A stretch of 64,000 bases of DNA, counting the filler, from Globobulimina sp. (Eukaryota): assembly GCA_003354225.1 (NCBI GenBank). It is 16 parts of 16 records of this genome, joined end to end, with 100 filler letters (N's around TTAATTAATTAA, not from the genome) between each part and the next. Parts side by side here need not be neighbours in the genome. Positions count along the whole stretch, not along the records: positions 60,204 to 64,000 come from PIVH01002078.1; 15 more parts are not named here. The stretch is one strand, 5' to 3'. Made by a program: the position numbers and the translations under genes. Positions 60,204 through 64,000 of this stretch are shown here, piece after piece. Position 1 is the first letter of the stretch, and every line of letters begins with the position of its first letter. The notes below the pieces were generated by a model. That model was not told the DNA's origin and searched no databases. It worked only from the letters and a program-made list of their open reading frames with translations.

Positions 60204-61061
60204 ATTGGAATGGGCAATATCTGTGACATCGGCTTTGATGGCATCGGAATCATATTCATTGTCTTGAATATACTCTGTAAACTCAATAAAATCATCCTTT
60301 GCTACCTTATAATTATTATCCTTATCTTGTAAATGTTGATATAATTCGTCTAAAAATGTCGTCTCTGTCATCTCTTTATTTTCTTTATTTTCTTCTGGAC
60401 TCATTTTCAAATTAAATTTAGTATTTTGATCCAGATTAAATCTGTCAATATCATTGCCATATTTTTCTTTGATTTTTCTTATTTTATCCCTTTTTGTGGC
60501 AAATATCTTATCCATCGATACAAAATTTGTCCGGTTATAATTACCTTTTTCTTCTTCTTCTTCTTCCATTTTATTCTCATTTATTAATATTTCACTTCGT
60601 AGCGCCATATCAAATAAATGAAACCAGAAAAAATGAATATTATCATAATATTGTGAATAAAATGAATATTTAATATCGATATCATTAATATTCTCCAAAT
60701 CGGCCGCGGTTTCGAATTCTCTGCCAAAATGACGCCCAAATTTCTGACATGAATCGATATCACATATTTTAAATCCATATTTGCCGATTAATTCGTCACT
60801 GATTGCAGCTAACTCGTTGCTGTCACCATGACCTTTAAGAATATGAATGTAATCATTCAGCAAATTATCATAGTTCTCGCAACAAAATGCAATGAATAAA
60901 TCACGACCTACCATACTATCCTTATCACCACATAATAAATCATAATATTTCAATGCCACACTCACTCTTTTTAATGCTGAACAATTTGAGATAAAATCAG
61001 GCTTACATTCCTTACAAATTATTTCTGTCGATTCAAATATACTAAAATTAATCGCATCCAT
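60204..61061 (-). CDS. Hypothetical protein N-terminus, similar in style to the pre-ART region at 28380-28900; 3' truncated
   Basis: DYIHIL, CDIDSC...RH..RE, IHFFWFH, KF and EYDSDAI motifs. Confidence 0.6.
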
Positions 61062-61104
61062 TGTTTTTTTTTAAAAACCCTTTTGCTTTGCTTTAGTAAA
61101 TCAA

Positions 61105-62204
61105 ATGTTTGTGAGTCACTTTGAAAAACAAATGCCTTACATATACAAAGTAGTGATATTTGATCTCGGTGGTGTTATATTTGGATCTCCGATAGAAGGA
61201 ATTAATGAATATGAGAGATTAAGTAATTTGCCACGAAATTTTATAAATATTTTTATTGTGGCATCAACAAATAATGCATTTAAAAGATTAGAAAGAGGAC
61301 AATTATCAATGCCAAAATTTCTAAAAGAATTTAAAAAGGAACTGGATGGCCCAAAAGCCATTGATACATATATCGAATACATGAGAAAACGAAAAAATAT
61401 TAAATTGAATAGAACCGAGTTTCCAAAAAATGGATTTAATATTGATACAGTTGGTATGTTTAAAAAAATGGGTATATTTAGTTCAAAAATACACAACGAA
61501 ATGATTCATTGTTTATTTATGTTACGAGCTTTAGGTATTATATCTATATATTTACGCATTAATTTATGTTTTTATGCTTAGGCTATTTTACTGTTGCATT
61601 GACAAATAATTTCGTGCCAATGTCTGCAGCAAAGAGTAAGCCGTTACTGCCATATTTTGACGAGATAATAGAATCCGCAGTGATTGGTTTACGAAAACCA
61701 GATCCCAAAATATTCAAATATGCATTGGATAAAATAAATGAAATTCATAAACCAAATGTTTTGCAGTTTAACAATATTATATTTTTAGATGATATTGGAA
61801 TAAATGTAAAATCCGCATCAAAGTTAGGTATGAAAACAATTAAAGTTGGTTTGCATCAGCAAATAAAAGCTATTTTGGAGTTAGAAGATATGTTACAATT
61901 AAATAGAAATACATTATTGCCAAAATCAGGGAAATTTGAATCGATTCAATGCGATATGTTTAATGTTGAAAATTGCATATTATTGGGAAATGCATCAAAT
62001 CCAATGGTTGTTGTTTTAAATAATTGTTTATCAAACGATAGCATTGCAGTTTTAGTCAGAAATGATTTTTGTGTGATTAGGTTTGATAAATTACAGTATA
62101 TGGATCATAATTTAATGACGGAAATGAGAGTAAAAACAAGTGATAAGATCATAATCGTTACTAATAAAGATATGAGTGAATTTGTAAAAGATTTTTATGT
62201 GTAA
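61105..62204 (+). CDS. HAD-superfamily hydrolase (soluble epoxide hydrolase/ACAD10 N-terminal-like)
   Basis: VIFDLGGV, ALTNN, RKPDPKIF, FLDDIGINV; intron 61535-61581. Confidence 0.88.
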
Positions 62205-63910
62205 TCTCTTCCTCTTTTTAAGGATTACGAGTATAATGTATCTTTGATTGCTGCCATAATCAGCCGCTTGCGGCTGATTATCAGCAATCAAAACAGATTA
62301 TGTCAAATAACATTTTTGTTTACAAAAATGTTATTTTCGTAATTCTTAAAAAGAGGAAGGGATTCAAATCATAATCGAATTTGATTCAAGGAGTAATCGA
62401 TCATATTATATACGTACTTTAAGCCGATACCGCATTAATCGGCCAATACATTAATCTGTGATACATTAATCGGTCGCCATATATTAATAAATAAATACAT
62501 TAATCAGTGATAACATTAATCGGTCGATATATTGAACGGCAATATTTATTTATGGCGGCGAAGCCGTCTCATCATATTTATTTTGCTATTTATGGCGGCA
62601 AAGACGCCTCATCATATTGTATATATTTTGTAACTATGGCGGCGAAGCCGGTTCATCAGTCATTGTATCGACAATCATTTCATCATTATTCAGTCATTAT
62701 CGATTACGTCATTTTTCTGTGTATAATAAGTGCACAAAATATTTATATATGTGCATAGGTCCTAAACTTTTTACGGAAATATTTTCTTTTTCGCTCTTTT
62801 ACGGACCATTCCGATAAAAAGTAGGCATCGTTATTACCGTGTAATATGATGTGATTACAGATCAGTGCTTTTTGGGATGGGATAAATTCTATTTTATGAT
62901 GCTGCGCTGCGACTTTAATGTTGCCAAGTCAGTTACGTACGAGTAACTTCACAGTCTTAAAATACCAACTCGTGTTTGATTAAAATTGTGATTTCCACAG
63001 GTGATGTGCTGTGATACCAGTGATGGAGTCGTATGTGCAATCTGTATATATATAAATTTCAGAAATCATTCTGAATTTTCTTATATATATATAAACAGAT
63101 TGGCTAAACAATCCATTCCGGGTATACAGTTCAGTTACATTATCAGTAATATGTCCTGTTTGATTATTCATAATCAAAACACATTACTGTTATAATATAT
63201 CGATTGCTACCGTAATCAAATTTGATTATTATGTGTAATCTCTTCCTCTTTTTAAGGATTACGAGTATAATGTATCTTTGATTGCTGCCATAATCAGCCG
63301 CTTGCGGCTGATTATCAGTAATCAAAGTACATTATACATAAACATAATCTGTTTTGATTGCTGCAATAATCAGGCGCTTGCGGCTGATTATCAGCAATCA
63401 AAACAGATTATGTCAAATAACATTTTTGTTTACAAAAATGTTATTTTCGTAATTCTTAAAAAGATGAAGGGATTCAAATCATAATCGAATTTGATTCAAG
63501 GTGTAATCGATATATTATTTACGTACTTTTAATCGGTCAATACATTAATCGGTGATAACATTAATCAGTGAAACTGTCGATACATCATTACGTTATACAT
63601 TAACGAATACATTAATATCATCCAAATATTGTATCTATTTACGGGATATTCTTAATATTTCTTATCATCAAAATATGGTTTCTATTTACGGGATATTCGC
63701 GAGCGAAGCTCGCCATTAATATCATCCAAATTAATTACGTCATTTTTATGTGTATGATAAGTGCACAAAATATTTATATATGTGCTTCAGATCTAAACTT
63801 TTTCCCATAAATAATTTTTTATCCTTTCTTTTACGGACCATCCCGACAAAAAGTAGGCATCGTCGACCGTGCGGTATCGATGCAGATTACAGATCAGTTC
63901 TTTTTGGGAT
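62197..63910. repeat. Diverged tandem repeat of about 1.03 kb with palindromes and TACATTAATCGGT-like sub-repeats
   Basis: TATGTGTAATCTCTTCCTCTTTTTAAGGATTACGAG... starts at 62197 and 63230; further shared blocks at about 62700-62880 and 63730-63910. Confidence 0.9.
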
Positions 63911-64000
63911 GCACAGTTGTGAAGTTTTGGCGCTGGTCAAACACTTCATTTGTTTTTAAACTTTTTTATCTTTTTGAAACTTTTTGAAATCTTTTGAAAG

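Noticed and set aside
1-64000. Alternative genetic code
   Set aside because: Conserved genes read through in the standard code and end at TAA, TAG or TGA; the breaks are explained by introns or indels.

Overview
This window is not one locus. It is 16 unrelated contigs of about 3.91-3.92 kb, sorted by decreasing length and joined by artificial 100-nt linkers (N-run, TTAATTAATTAA, N-run), so synteny only has meaning inside a contig. Most contigs are AT-rich, gene-dense eukaryotic DNA in the standard code, with short GT-AG introns and very tight head-to-head gene pairs. The gene content (RSPH9, COG6, DENN, NRT2, Pro/Thr-stalk surface proteins, ADP-ribosyltransferase-like proteins, non-RD kinases) suggests a protist with a flagellated stage, plausibly a foraminifer or other rhizarian (inference only). 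One contig (40157-44067) looks like a giant-virus fragment, in which nuclease genes sit between copies of a conserved palindromic intergenic unit that supplies their stop codons. Other highlights: a DIRS-like retroelement whose reverse transcriptase carries a SAM-like domain inside the palm; a 1.3-kb TIR element with a 9-bp target-site duplication and a tRNA-like cargo that splits a SET-domain gene; a probable GPCR-PIPK; a secreted LanC-like protein; a bacterial-like fragment fused to host DNA; several MITE-like elements and pseudogenes; and a hairpin-rich 1-kb tandem repeat. All domain calls are by eye from motifs. No searches were run.
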